Virus record (IMG/VR): IMGVR_UViG_3300029705_000062
Strand: one strand, 5' to 3'
Origin: a virus
Length of the DNA stretch: 64,000 bases
In this document: one piece after another, positions 10,002-18,327 of the stretch
Layout of the letters: the number at the start of each line of letters is the position of its first letter
Position numbering within the stretch: position 1 is the stretch's first letter
Notes under the pieces: model-generated
The model's input: only the letters and a program-made list of their open reading frames with translations
Databases searched by the model: none
Told to the model about the DNA's origin: nothing
Position numbers and translations under genes: made by a program

Positions 10002-11304
10002 CAATTGTGTTATCATTGAGCTTTTTATCTCAACTTCTATATATTTCTATATAGTTCAGCATATGTTTTCAACCCTTATATACTTGGGGTTGCTCCGACC
10101 TCTTGGCTAGATTATATTTTAAGACATTTGTTTTTTTAATATTTCATCAAACTTTTCTTTTTTTCTTTCTAAAAAAATCTCAGGATTATCACTGTAAAAT
10201 AGGTTATATATTTTTTTACTTGACAGTTGACTATATAGAATATGATAAAGATTTCTATCCTTATATTTTTTTACACCAACCTTTGGGACACCATTCTTAT
10301 AAAGTTCTTCAACAATTTGACACATCATTTTTTCACTTCCACTAAAAAATCTAGTTCTAAGCATAGGTATCTTTGATTTTTTTGTCCATTGTTCACCAAC
10401 ACTTCCATCACCATCAAAATAACCTCTTATAAAATCAAGTTTATATTCACTTGGAACTTTATCCATAGTAACTGTAAGACTTTTTCTTTGTGTTACCCCT
10501 ATGTCAATTAAATCATTAACCATGTGCTTTGAAGATATTAATAACTCACAACTAGGGTGATATTTTTCCCCACATTTTTTCATTAGTGTTTTCACTTTAT
10601 AGGTGCTGTCAAGCTCTTTGTTTATTTTGTGCAATAGGTTAATATCTTGCTCTTGTAAAGCAATTCTTAGGTAACCATAGTCAGATATATAACCATCTGC
10701 TGAAAGAAAACCGACTATATAAGCCATATTTTTAGTCCATGTTTTAAAATATTCATGATTTAAAAAATATTTTCTACCATGCTTATCAGGATTATACTCT
10801 CTGTGTTCAAGTATTTTTGATTCACTTCTTGTTCTAAGTTTGATGTTGTTGCGAAGTAATCTAAGTTTTATAGTTCCATATGTAACACCATATTTTTTTC
10901 CAAGCTCCAATAGATTCATGCCATTTAAGTATAACTCTATCATTTCTTTTTCATCTATTTTATGAACTGTATGACTTTCACTTGCATTTCTCCTATTTAT
11001 ACCACAAATGTCTAATCTGTTTCTTATAGTACCTGTGCTGACATTATAAATCTTTGCAATTTCTTTCATAGATTTACCACTTAAATATAAGTTTACAATA
11101 TCTTCATTTTTAATATCTTTTCTCATAATAAACCTCCTTTCTTATATTATATGCCTTAATTTCACTAGCTATGCTTTGCCCCTGACTAAACTTTTAAATT
11201 TAGCCTTCGGTTCAAGTTACCATATCCTGTGGAAGGGACTTAGGCTTTCTTGCTTAATTTCGGAGTTATTCAATATACATTACTGTATAAGGTGGCACTT
11301 ATTT
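10002..11304 (-). mobile_element. Putative group I intron carrying a LAGLIDADG homing endonuclease
   Basis: Exon 1 ends in U. Intron nt 9-12 (GCCA) can pair with exon UGGU, giving the U.G wobble. The intron ends in G (10002). The non-coding arms (10017-10118, 11127-11304) are visibly GC-richer than their surroundings. Confidence 0.55.
10119..11126 (-). CDS. LAGLIDADG homing endonuclease with two N-terminal HTH repeats
   Basis: Two LAGLIDADG motifs, IVGFLSADGYI and IRGYFDGDGSV. Duplicated HTH (GKSMKEIAKIYNVSTGTIRNRL and LLELGKKYGVTYGTIKLRL). Own SD AAAGGAGG. Confidence 0.8.
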   Translation of the reverse strand: MRKDIKNEDIVNLYLSGKSMKEIAKIYNVSTGTIRNRLDICGINRRNASESHTVHKIDEKEMIELYLNGMNLLELGKKYGVTYGTIKLRLLRNNIKLRTRSESKILEHREYNPDKHGRKYFLNHEYFKTWTKNMAYIVGFLSADGYISDYGYLRIALQEQDINLLHKINKELDSTYKVKTLMKKCGEKYHPSCELLISSKHMVNDLIDIGVTQRKSLTVTMDKVPSEYKLDFIRGYFDGDGSVGEQWTKKSKIPMLRTRFFSGSEKMMCQIVEELYKNGVPKVGVKKYKDRNLYHILYSQLSSKKIYNLFYSDNPEIFLERKKEKFDEILKKQMS

Positions 11305-11379
11305 ACCATATAACATGCTATTATAATTATCTAATCCTGTTGAAACCTTATTTGGTTTTAAGTTTAATAAATCGAACAT
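11305..11379 (-). CDS. Sak4/RecA-like ATPase, exon 1 (25 codons)
   Basis: ATG at 11379 with SD AAGGGGGA. Encodes MFDLLNLKPNKVSTGLDNYNSMLYG, ending exactly at the first Gly of the Walker A. Confidence 0.5.
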
Positions 11380-11395
11380 AATAAATCCCCCTTGA

Positions 11396-11818
11396 TTATA
11401 ATGAAAATTCTTCCCATATATCTCCACACTTACAAGTAGAACAACTTGTAGGAGAAAACATATCTAAACATTTATTGCAACAATTTTTACTTATAAACTC
11501 TACATACTTTGCATAAATATAACCTTTATTTTCAGGTAACAATTCACCTATGCTTATATTAAAAACTTTCTCAAGATACTCTTCAAATGTAACTTTTAAG
11601 TTTTCATTAGCAGAAGTTATATGAGCTTCTGTGCTTGTTAAGTAAGTAAATATCATTTTAGATAAAGACATCAACTTTAACTTATCTTCTTCTATATCAC
11701 AAACTTTAATTTTTTCTTTTATGTAGTCATATATGGAATATAACTGATAAAGACTACACTTTAAAATTCCTGTATTGAAAAAATCATTTAAAGTATCCTC
11801 TATAAACTTATCATTCAT
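11396..11818 (-). CDS. Hypothetical protein with Cys-rich C-terminus
   Basis: 140-aa ORF abutting thyX. C-terminal CCNKC..C..CKC cluster. Confidence 0.45.
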   Translation of the reverse strand: MNDKFIEDTLNDFFNTGILKCSLYQLYSIYDYIKEKIKVCDIEEDKLKLMSLSKMIFTYLTSTEAHITSANENLKVTFEEYLEKVFNISIGELLPENKGYIYAKYVEFISKNCCNKCLDMFSPTSCSTCKCGDIWEEFSL

Positions 11819-12574
11819 TTATATATCCCATTTTGGAAGTGGCTTACCACAACACATTTTCCCTTCATGACATTTACCATATCTACAACTTGCACCTGCA
11901 TTTTTGAATAAAGCAGGAGCAACATCTTGAACTTCAGCTATCATAAGTCTAGCTAATTCCCTTATTTCTGCTTGAGACCTATTGCAATCTCTATGAGAGA
12001 AGAAGTTTAATAAGCTTCTACCGTTCATAGTAACAACAATTTTAGTTTCACAAGCATTTGGAAGAACAGCTCTAGCATTTTCATTGGCAACTTTTTCAGC
12101 ATTCATTCCATATGTGTGATAATTTGTAGACTCTACAAAGTCTTGTATATTTACTTGCCATTTCTTATACATATTATGTATAGTTTTCATATCCTCTTCA
12201 AACTCACCAACATATCTTGATCCATAAGCTTTGTCCATATCCTCTATTATAGAAGGAACTATAAAATCAAAAGTTTTATCAAGATTAACATACCTTTGAC
12301 TTTGTTGAGAATAACTAGCTAACCTATGTCTTACTATTTGATGAGAACATGCCCTAGATATTCCTTCTATTGCAAAAGTGAATGAACAATGTTCTAGTGG
12401 ACTTTCATGACCTATATCTGCCAACATATTTACAAATCTGCTTACATTTTCATCAGTTAATTTTTCTGATATGCCTTCCACTCCAACCTTGCTATAACAA
12501 AGTTTCCCTGCCTTTGCTACAACCTCATCAGGATTAGGAGTATGTGCAATAAGTTTTACTTTTAATTTACCCAA
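11819..12574 (-). CDS. thyX: Flavin-dependent thymidylate synthase
   Basis: ThyX signature RHRLASYSQQSQRY (RHRxxSxxxxSxRY). Confidence 0.9.
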   Translation of the reverse strand: MGKLKVKLIAHTPNPDEVVAKAGKLCYSKVGVEGISEKLTDENVSRFVNMLADIGHESPLEHCSFTFAIEGISRACSHQIVRHRLASYSQQSQRYVNLDKTFDFIVPSIIEDMDKAYGSRYVGEFEEDMKTIHNMYKKWQVNIQDFVESTNYHTYGMNAEKVANENARAVLPNACETKIVVTMNGRSLLNFFSHRDCNRSQAEIRELARLMIAEVQDVAPALFKNAGASCRYGKCHEGKMCCGKPLPKWDI

Positions 12575-12595
12575 TTTAACCCCTCACTTTATTTA

Positions 12596-13132
12596 TTATT
12601 TTTGTAAAGGTTTCTCATACTCCCAAGTGCATCCTGCATATGTTTTTCTAGTTCCATTTAAAACTCTACATATACATGACAAAGAGTAGTTTGTAACTCC
12701 TTCTTTACCTGCTTGATTTAAACTGCTCCAAACTTGAATAACTTCTTTGGTGTTAGCATCTCTTTGGACAATCCTTTTAGACCTTTTATTTGCTTCAGGA
12801 TTTAAGTTTGAATCTAATCTTTTATCTTCAACTTTTCTTTTTAATTCATCTTCAGAGAAATCTTCTTTTAAAATCCAAATACTATTCATAGAGCTTAATA
12901 TCCTTTTTTTATCACTCCAAGTTGGTCTCATAGCTAAACGTATACCGTTGTAATTCAAATTATTTTCTTCACATAAAAGTTTATTAAATTTAAATTCTCC
13001 TATAAAATTACCATTTAAATCATATCTATACACTTTTTTATAATTCAATTTTTTGTTTCGATTATAATAATATCCATCTTTATTAGCAGGTTTTCTTTTG
13101 TATGATGGAAGTATAAATATTTTAGAAGACAT
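12596..13132 (-). CDS. Homing-endonuclease-derived DNA-binding protein (NUMOD/IENR1-like repeats, no nuclease motif seen)
   Basis: VYRYDLNGNFIGEF and the C-terminal ...TYAGCTWEY resemble the DNA-binding modules of GIY-YIG/HNH homing endonucleases. No GIY-YIG, HNH or LAGLIDADG motif found. Confidence 0.4.
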   Translation of the reverse strand: MSSKIFILPSYKRKPANKDGYYYNRNKKLNYKKVYRYDLNGNFIGEFKFNKLLCEENNLNYNGIRLAMRPTWSDKKRILSSMNSIWILKEDFSEDELKRKVEDKRLDSNLNPEANKRSKRIVQRDANTKEVIQVWSSLNQAGKEGVTNYSLSCICRVLNGTRKTYAGCTWEYEKPLQK

Positions 13133-13230
13133 AAAAAACCACCTCTATTTCTTGAAAGTACTATACCTATTCACTCTATTATTTTACTACAAAATATACA
13201 ATTGCATAAGAGAAATAATAGAATAATATT

Positions 13231-13260
13231 ATTATAAACAATTTCAATTATTTGTGTCAA
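13231..13260 (-). promoter_or_regulatory. Sigma-70-like promoter containing motif copy 8 (variant)
   Basis: Sense TTGACACAAATAATTGAAATTGTTTATAAT: TTGACA, 18-nt spacer, TATAAT. Confidence 0.5.
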
Positions 13261-13263
13261 TAT

Positions 13264-13314
13264 TTATCAAAAATATGAATTTTTTCCCTTGTAAAAATTA
13301 TCAATTTTTGATAA
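13264..13314. promoter_or_regulatory. TTATCAA half-site and perfect palindrome upstream of parM (candidate parC/operator)
   Basis: TTATCAAAAATA at 13264-13275. Perfect inverted repeat TTATCAATTTTTGATAA at 13298-13314, overlapping the -35 region of a TGATATAAT extended -10 promoter. Confidence 0.5.
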
Positions 13315-13376
13315 CCTTAAACATATGATATAATAAAGATAAAATAAAAATTAATAAAAGGATTGGTGATAATATA

Positions 13377-14327
13377 ATGAAATACCGTAGATACTATAAA
13401 AGAAAAACTGTTGCTATTGACTCAGGGAAACATGCTCAAAAAATGTGTTGGGGATTAGAACCTGATGAGAGATTAATGTTTGATAATAAGGTTGAAGAGA
13501 TTAAAGAAAAATCTCCTGTGTATCATACAGTGGTTGAATTTAATGGTAAACTATATTCTGTTGCAGGTACAGGTGATAAGAACTGGGATTCTTCAAAAGA
13601 TGATGAACTACATCAAGTTGCTATATATTATGGATTAACTAGATTAGAGTTAAATGCAGATTGTCTGATAAATTTAGTTATAGGTACACCTGCTTTAAAA
13701 TTTAAAAACCCAGTTGCTAAACAATCTTATAGAGATAGAGTATACAATGGTGGTAATGCTGAAATAACTGTAAATGGAAGAAAGTTTAATTTATTAATAA
13801 ATGATGTGCTTGTGTTACCTGAAAGCTCAGGAATTATATATCAAGCTAAAAATTATTTAGAATATTCACAGGAGTTAATTGGAATTGTAGATATAGGCGG
13901 ATTAAATGCACAAGGTATAGTTTATGATAGAACTAATATAATAAGTGAAACTATATTCACAGAAAACCTTGGAGGAAATATATTAGAAGTATCAGCAAAA
14001 AATGCTTTAAATGAACATGATTATAACTTCCAAGTTTATCAAATGCATCATATACTAAGAAAGTTAGATAGAGAAGATGAAGATGTGCAAAGAATAGTTA
14101 AAGATGTTATGGAAAGGCATCTGAAAAAAATATTTGAAATGATGAAAGCGAATAATTGGAATATAAACCATATGGAAATAGTATTCACAGGTGGAGGTTC
14201 TTTACTTCTAAAAGATTTAATAGAAGAAAAAGGATTTAAAGTTTCTGATACATCAGTCTGGGATAATGTGTGTGGTTTCTACAATCTAGGGGTTAATTAC
14301 TTTGGAGAAGATGTAGCTTATGAGTAA
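13377..14327 (+). CDS. parM: Actin-like segregation ATPase (ParM/Alp family)
   Basis: Actin-fold phosphate and adenosine motifs VAIDSGK, VDIGGLNAQG and FTGGGSLLL. 316 aa. Confidence 0.7.
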   Translation: MKYRRYYKRKTVAIDSGKHAQKMCWGLEPDERLMFDNKVEEIKEKSPVYHTVVEFNGKLYSVAGTGDKNWDSSKDDELHQVAIYYGLTRLELNADCLINLVIGTPALKFKNPVAKQSYRDRVYNGGNAEITVNGRKFNLLINDVLVLPESSGIIYQAKNYLEYSQELIGIVDIGGLNAQGIVYDRTNIISETIFTENLGGNILEVSAKNALNEHDYNFQVYQMHHILRKLDREDEDVQRIVKDVMERHLKKIFEMMKANNWNINHMEIVFTGGGSLLLKDLIEEKGFKVSDTSVWDNVCGFYNLGVNYFGEDVAYE

Positions 14328-14691
14328 GAAAAAACCTGCTTACGTTGATGGCAAGTTTGTAGGGGATACTTTAAGTATATCTGTAAAACCACACTACCAA
14401 AAAGAGTATGAGTTTTTAAAAGCACACCACAATAGAAGTGGACTTATATGTGAGTTAGTTAGACAGTACATTGAAGGTGGAGGAATGTCTATTGGGTATC
14501 AACAACCTTATCAACCTGTTGCTACTCAACCTGTTTCACAATCTACTCCTCAACAAAAGGAGGAAGTAAAAAAAGACAAAGTAGAAGATAACAAACAGGA
14601 AATTAAGGAGTTTACTAATAGTAAACCAAAAGCAAAGGAAGAAAATAAACAAGTTCCTATAATGGCTATGCCTTCATTTTTAAATGGGTAG
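14320..14691 (+). CDS. ParR-like ribbon-helix-helix adaptor with low-complexity tail
   Basis: Overlaps the parM stop. N-terminus LSISVKPHYQKEYEFLKAHHNRSGLICELVRQYIE fits a beta-alpha-alpha RHH pattern, followed by a Q/P/K/E-rich tail. Confidence 0.45.
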   Translation: MSKKKPAYVDGKFVGDTLSISVKPHYQKEYEFLKAHHNRSGLICELVRQYIEGGGMSIGYQQPYQPVATQPVSQSTPQQKEEVKKDKVEDNKQEIKEFTNSKPKAKEENKQVPIMAMPSFLNG

Positions 14692-14753
14692 ATTTCTACC
14701 CTTCTTTATTTGGAGATGTAAAATAATATACAAAAGATAATTTGGAGAAAAGT

Positions 14754-15113
14754 ATGTTTTTAGATAAATTAAAAGAAAATGAAAGATTCATGATAGATTT
14801 AATGGGAGAATATGATAGAGGTACAAGATTACTTGAGTGGTTAGAGGTTGGAGAAAATATACATTTATCAATTCAAGCTAGTCCTATGCATTATTGTTCT
14901 CCTAGAGAAATGACAGATTTAGATAACTACACTCATTTTGAGTTAGCTTTAATAATTGATAATGAAATTAGTTATGATACTGATATAATAGAAGATTTCT
15001 CACAGTATGAAAAACTAATGCAACATTATGATGGTGGAATATTTTCATATGTTCCAAGAAAATTAATAAGTAAACTATACTGTTGGAGTTTAGATTATTT
15101 TAAAGAGAATTAA
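14754..15113 (+). CDS. Hypothetical protein
   Basis: ATG 14754 preceded by GGAG; the ORF-track start 14742 is a TTG. No motif recognised. Confidence 0.45.
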   Translation: MFLDKLKENERFMIDLMGEYDRGTRLLEWLEVGENIHLSIQASPMHYCSPREMTDLDNYTHFELALIIDNEISYDTDIIEDFSQYEKLMQHYDGGIFSYVPRKLISKLYCWSLDYFKEN

Positions 15114-15140
15114 AATCAAGCATTTACACATAAACCAATA

Positions 15141-15180
15141 AAAAGTAAAGGATAACTAATTTAGATATCCTTTACTTTTT
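15141..15180. terminator. Bidirectional terminator between convergent units
   Basis: AAAAGTAAAGGATA / TATCCTTTACTTTT stem with flanking A and T runs. Confidence 0.65.
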
Positions 15181-15210
15181 TCATGTAGTTAATACATACA
15201 CAATAATCCA

Positions 15211-15681
15211 TTATTTACCACTACTTCCTATTCCACCAACTCTTTTGTCAGAAATACATATATCATTATCTGCTGTTAAATATGTTTTAAAAATACCTTG
15301 ACATATTCTCTCTCCTGCTTCAAGAATAACTTCTTTATCAGATGTATTCCAAAGAGCAAGACCTATGTTCCCATCATTTCCTTCATTTGAGTAATAACTA
15401 GAGTCAATTATACCTGTTATATTTGATAAAATAACTCCTCTTTTTATTCCTATAGAACTTCTTACATGAAGCTCTAAGACTTCATTATCTTGCATATATG
15501 ATTTTATATCAGTCCATACAACTGTTCTTTCATTAGGTTGTAAAGTTACTGTAACAGGTGTTTTGATATCATAACCTGCACTTCTATTATCACCTCTAAC
15601 AGGCAACTCTATTTCTATATTAGAATGTTTTCTTTGTTCATCACAAACAACTTCAAATCCTCTTAATTTTAATTCTGACAT
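15211..15681 (-). CDS. dut: dUTP diphosphatase
   Basis: RSAGYDI, GIIDSSY and C-terminal RVGGIGSSGK motifs. Start at ATG 15681 in the TAAAATG junction with the upstream stop. Confidence 0.8.
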   Translation of the reverse strand: MSELKLRGFEVVCDEQRKHSNIEIELPVRGDNRSAGYDIKTPVTVTLQPNERTVVWTDIKSYMQDNEVLELHVRSSIGIKRGVILSNITGIIDSSYYSNEGNDGNIGLALWNTSDKEVILEAGERICQGIFKTYLTADNDICISDKRVGGIGSSGK

Positions 15682-15682
15682 T

Positions 15683-17989
15683 TTAAAATTCCCCTTCACA
15701 TTTTAATTTGTATAATATCATTCCTAAGAATGTAAACTTTAAACTATTTAAATTATTTGTACAACATCTATATAAAGCACTAGGCTCAGTTACAACTATT
15801 GCTTCATCCATTGCTCTTGTTATAGCAGTATATCCCCATTCACTTGATAATAAAGAATATCCACTCATATCCATTGCAACGATAGTATTTTTAAATTGTG
15901 AACCTTGTGATTTATGTACAGTTATTGCATATCCTAATTCTATGGTATTATATTTATTTTCTTTGAATCTAACCCTACCTATACCATCAATATTCATTTC
16001 AATATAACCTTCTCCAATTTCAGTGACAATACCTAAATTCCCATTAAAAACTGCACCTTCAACAAACTCTTTTTTCTCCTCATTCCATACTTCGGCAGAA
16101 TAGTTATTTTTAGTTACTAAGACTTTATCTCCTAGAGATATAACATAATGATAATTTGTAGAAACTTTTGTTATGATATAATCAACTCCTTCTTTGCTTT
16201 CCTCTGAAATTGGATTATACCATGCTTTGATAATTCTATTTATATTAAAGCAGGACAATTTACCTCTTAATCTTGTTGGACATACAACACATACATCCAT
16301 AACATTATTATATTTATTATATCCATTTTTAAAATATTCTAAAGCTTTATAAGGCAAAGATTCTTTATTATCATCAACATCAAGAGTTAAATCCTGTAAC
16401 TCTCCTAATGTCACAACTCCTTTAAAACCATAAGGAGTTATTAACTTATTCTCTCTCATTGCAATAGATTGAGTTATAATAGCACTTTTTTGAGCTTGTC
16501 TATGTATTTGAGTAAGTTCAACAACAGATACTATTCCTTTATTATTTAAAAGGTCAGTCATTATATTTCCAAGACCTATGCTTGGTAACTGTGCAGTGTC
16601 TCCTAAAAATATTACTTTTGTTGTGTTCTTTATAGCTTTTAATAAAGATAACATAAGTCTTGTATCAACCATAGATACTTCATCTATAATCACTATATCT
16701 GCACTTATTGGAAACTTATCATTTCTTGAAAAACCACCCTTTGGATTAAACTCTAAAAGTCTATGTATTGTACTGGCTTCTCTTCCTGTTACTTCCTTCA
16801 TTCTTAAACTAGCTTTACCTGAAAGACATGCTTGAGCTATAGTATAATTCTTTTTAGATAATATCCTAGACATAGCATTTGTAACAGTAGTTTTACCTGA
16901 ACCTGCTTTACCTACAACCATAACAAAGTTATCTCTAAGGGAAGTTAGTATACCATTTTTTTGTTCATCAGTATACTTCCAACCTTGCTCCATTTCTATT
17001 TGAGCAACTTCCTCTTCCCAACCATTGTAGTCAAAGTTATTTTTTTGTTTTGAAATTCTTATTATTTCTTTTGCTAGTGATTGCTCAAGTTTATATATTT
17101 CATGTAGTCCTATGTATTGTCTATCTTCACTCGCCCAAATAACTTCATTTTGTAACATATCAGATAAAACACTTCCAACTAAATTTCTATCTAAATTGCT
17201 TTCATTAGATTTATATATTTTTTCTACTATTTCATTTACAACATCTGAAAGAAATAGGTAGCTTTGACCTTCCATAGATTTAGAATTTAATGTATGATAA
17301 ATTAAACCTCTAATTCTTCTTGGATCAGTTTCACTCATACCTGCTTTTAAACCTAATTCATCTGCTTTTAAAAATCCTATTCCATCAACATCTTCTGCTA
17401 ATATATAAGGATTATCAGATAACTTAGATAAAATAACACCATAAGATTTATATCTATCTAAAAGTTTATTTCTCATAGCTTCGGATACACCAATAGATGA
17501 TAACCTAGCTATATAACTAGCATTTGCTTTATTTTCTGTGTAACTATTTATTATTTTAATGGCTGTTCCTTCTCCAATGCCTTTTATCTGAGTAAGAGCA
17601 TTAACATCCTTTTTATCTAAAATCATTTTTATTCCTGCAACCTTTTTTATTTTCTTGAATTGAGCAGGAGTTAAAACATCACTTAGGTATAGTTCAAAAT
17701 CTTTATCAGTTAAGTTATTTGTATATTCATCCATATACCCAACTTCACAACTGAAAGAACCTCTTTTCTCATCATATTTTTCAGTTCCTATAAATCGGTA
17801 TTTAGTATTACTTTTCATATAAGGCATATTACCTGTTATAACAATATTACCCCATTGAGAAATATGTGGTTGACCTTTTATTTCTTCATTTACAATGCAT
17901 GATACAATAGCAAAGTCCCCATCTTCATATTTAGTCTTTGGGAATAGTTGCTTGGATTTAGTAATTATTAATTCAACTATTTGCCCCAT
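15683..17989 (-). CDS. RecD2-like SF1 DNA helicase
   Basis: Walker A GKAGSGKTT, Walker B IVIIDEVSM, C-terminal ITVHKSQGSQF. Start ATG 17989 overlaps the upstream stop (TAATG). Confidence 0.8.
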   Translation of the reverse strand: MGQIVELIITKSKQLFPKTKYEDGDFAIVSCIVNEEIKGQPHISQWGNIVITGNMPYMKSNTKYRFIGTEKYDEKRGSFSCEVGYMDEYTNNLTDKDFELYLSDVLTPAQFKKIKKVAGIKMILDKKDVNALTQIKGIGEGTAIKIINSYTENKANASYIARLSSIGVSEAMRNKLLDRYKSYGVILSKLSDNPYILAEDVDGIGFLKADELGLKAGMSETDPRRIRGLIYHTLNSKSMEGQSYLFLSDVVNEIVEKIYKSNESNLDRNLVGSVLSDMLQNEVIWASEDRQYIGLHEIYKLEQSLAKEIIRISKQKNNFDYNGWEEEVAQIEMEQGWKYTDEQKNGILTSLRDNFVMVVGKAGSGKTTVTNAMSRILSKKNYTIAQACLSGKASLRMKEVTGREASTIHRLLEFNPKGGFSRNDKFPISADIVIIDEVSMVDTRLMLSLLKAIKNTTKVIFLGDTAQLPSIGLGNIMTDLLNNKGIVSVVELTQIHRQAQKSAIITQSIAMRENKLITPYGFKGVVTLGELQDLTLDVDDNKESLPYKALEYFKNGYNKYNNVMDVCVVCPTRLRGKLSCFNINRIIKAWYNPISEESKEGVDYIITKVSTNYHYVISLGDKVLVTKNNYSAEVWNEEKKEFVEGAVFNGNLGIVTEIGEGYIEMNIDGIGRVRFKENKYNTIELGYAITVHKSQGSQFKNTIVAMDMSGYSLLSSEWGYTAITRAMDEAIVVTEPSALYRCCTNNLNSLKFTFLGMILYKLKCEGEF

Positions 17990-18159
17990 TACCAACCACA
18001 CTCCTTACATATACATTCCCAATCTGATAAATAGCCATCTATACAATCTACACAAACTACTTTTCCACATTTAATACATTCAAAAAGCTTTGAATATTTA
18101 GATTTGCATACTTCACATTCATAAGCATGTAACTCAAAGAAAACTTCAGCTTCTCCCAT
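17989..18159 (-). CDS. Zinc-ribbon miniprotein
   Basis: 56 aa from ATG 18159 (SD GGAGGAG). CEVC..CIKCG..CVDC..CKEC cysteine pairs. Confidence 0.4.
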   Translation of the reverse strand: MGEAEVFFELHAYECEVCKSKYSKLFECIKCGKVVCVDCIDGYLSDWECICKECGW

Positions 18160-18245
18160 ATATAACTCCTCCAATAAAATATATTTTATATTCATTATCT
18201 TATAAGTTCTATTTTAAATGATTTTATTGGAGGTTTCAATAATGT

Positions 18246-18262
18246 TTTTAATTATTTGCTTA
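18246..18262 (-). promoter_or_regulatory. AAGCAAATAATTRAAA motif copy 3
   Basis: Sense TAAGCAAATAATTAAAA, followed by TTGAAA-17-TAAAAT. Confidence 0.5.
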
Positions 18263-18327
18263 AGTGGAATAGTATTTCATATAAAAGATGAAAGCAACTT
18301 CCTTTAAAGTTTTCATTTTAATGGAAC

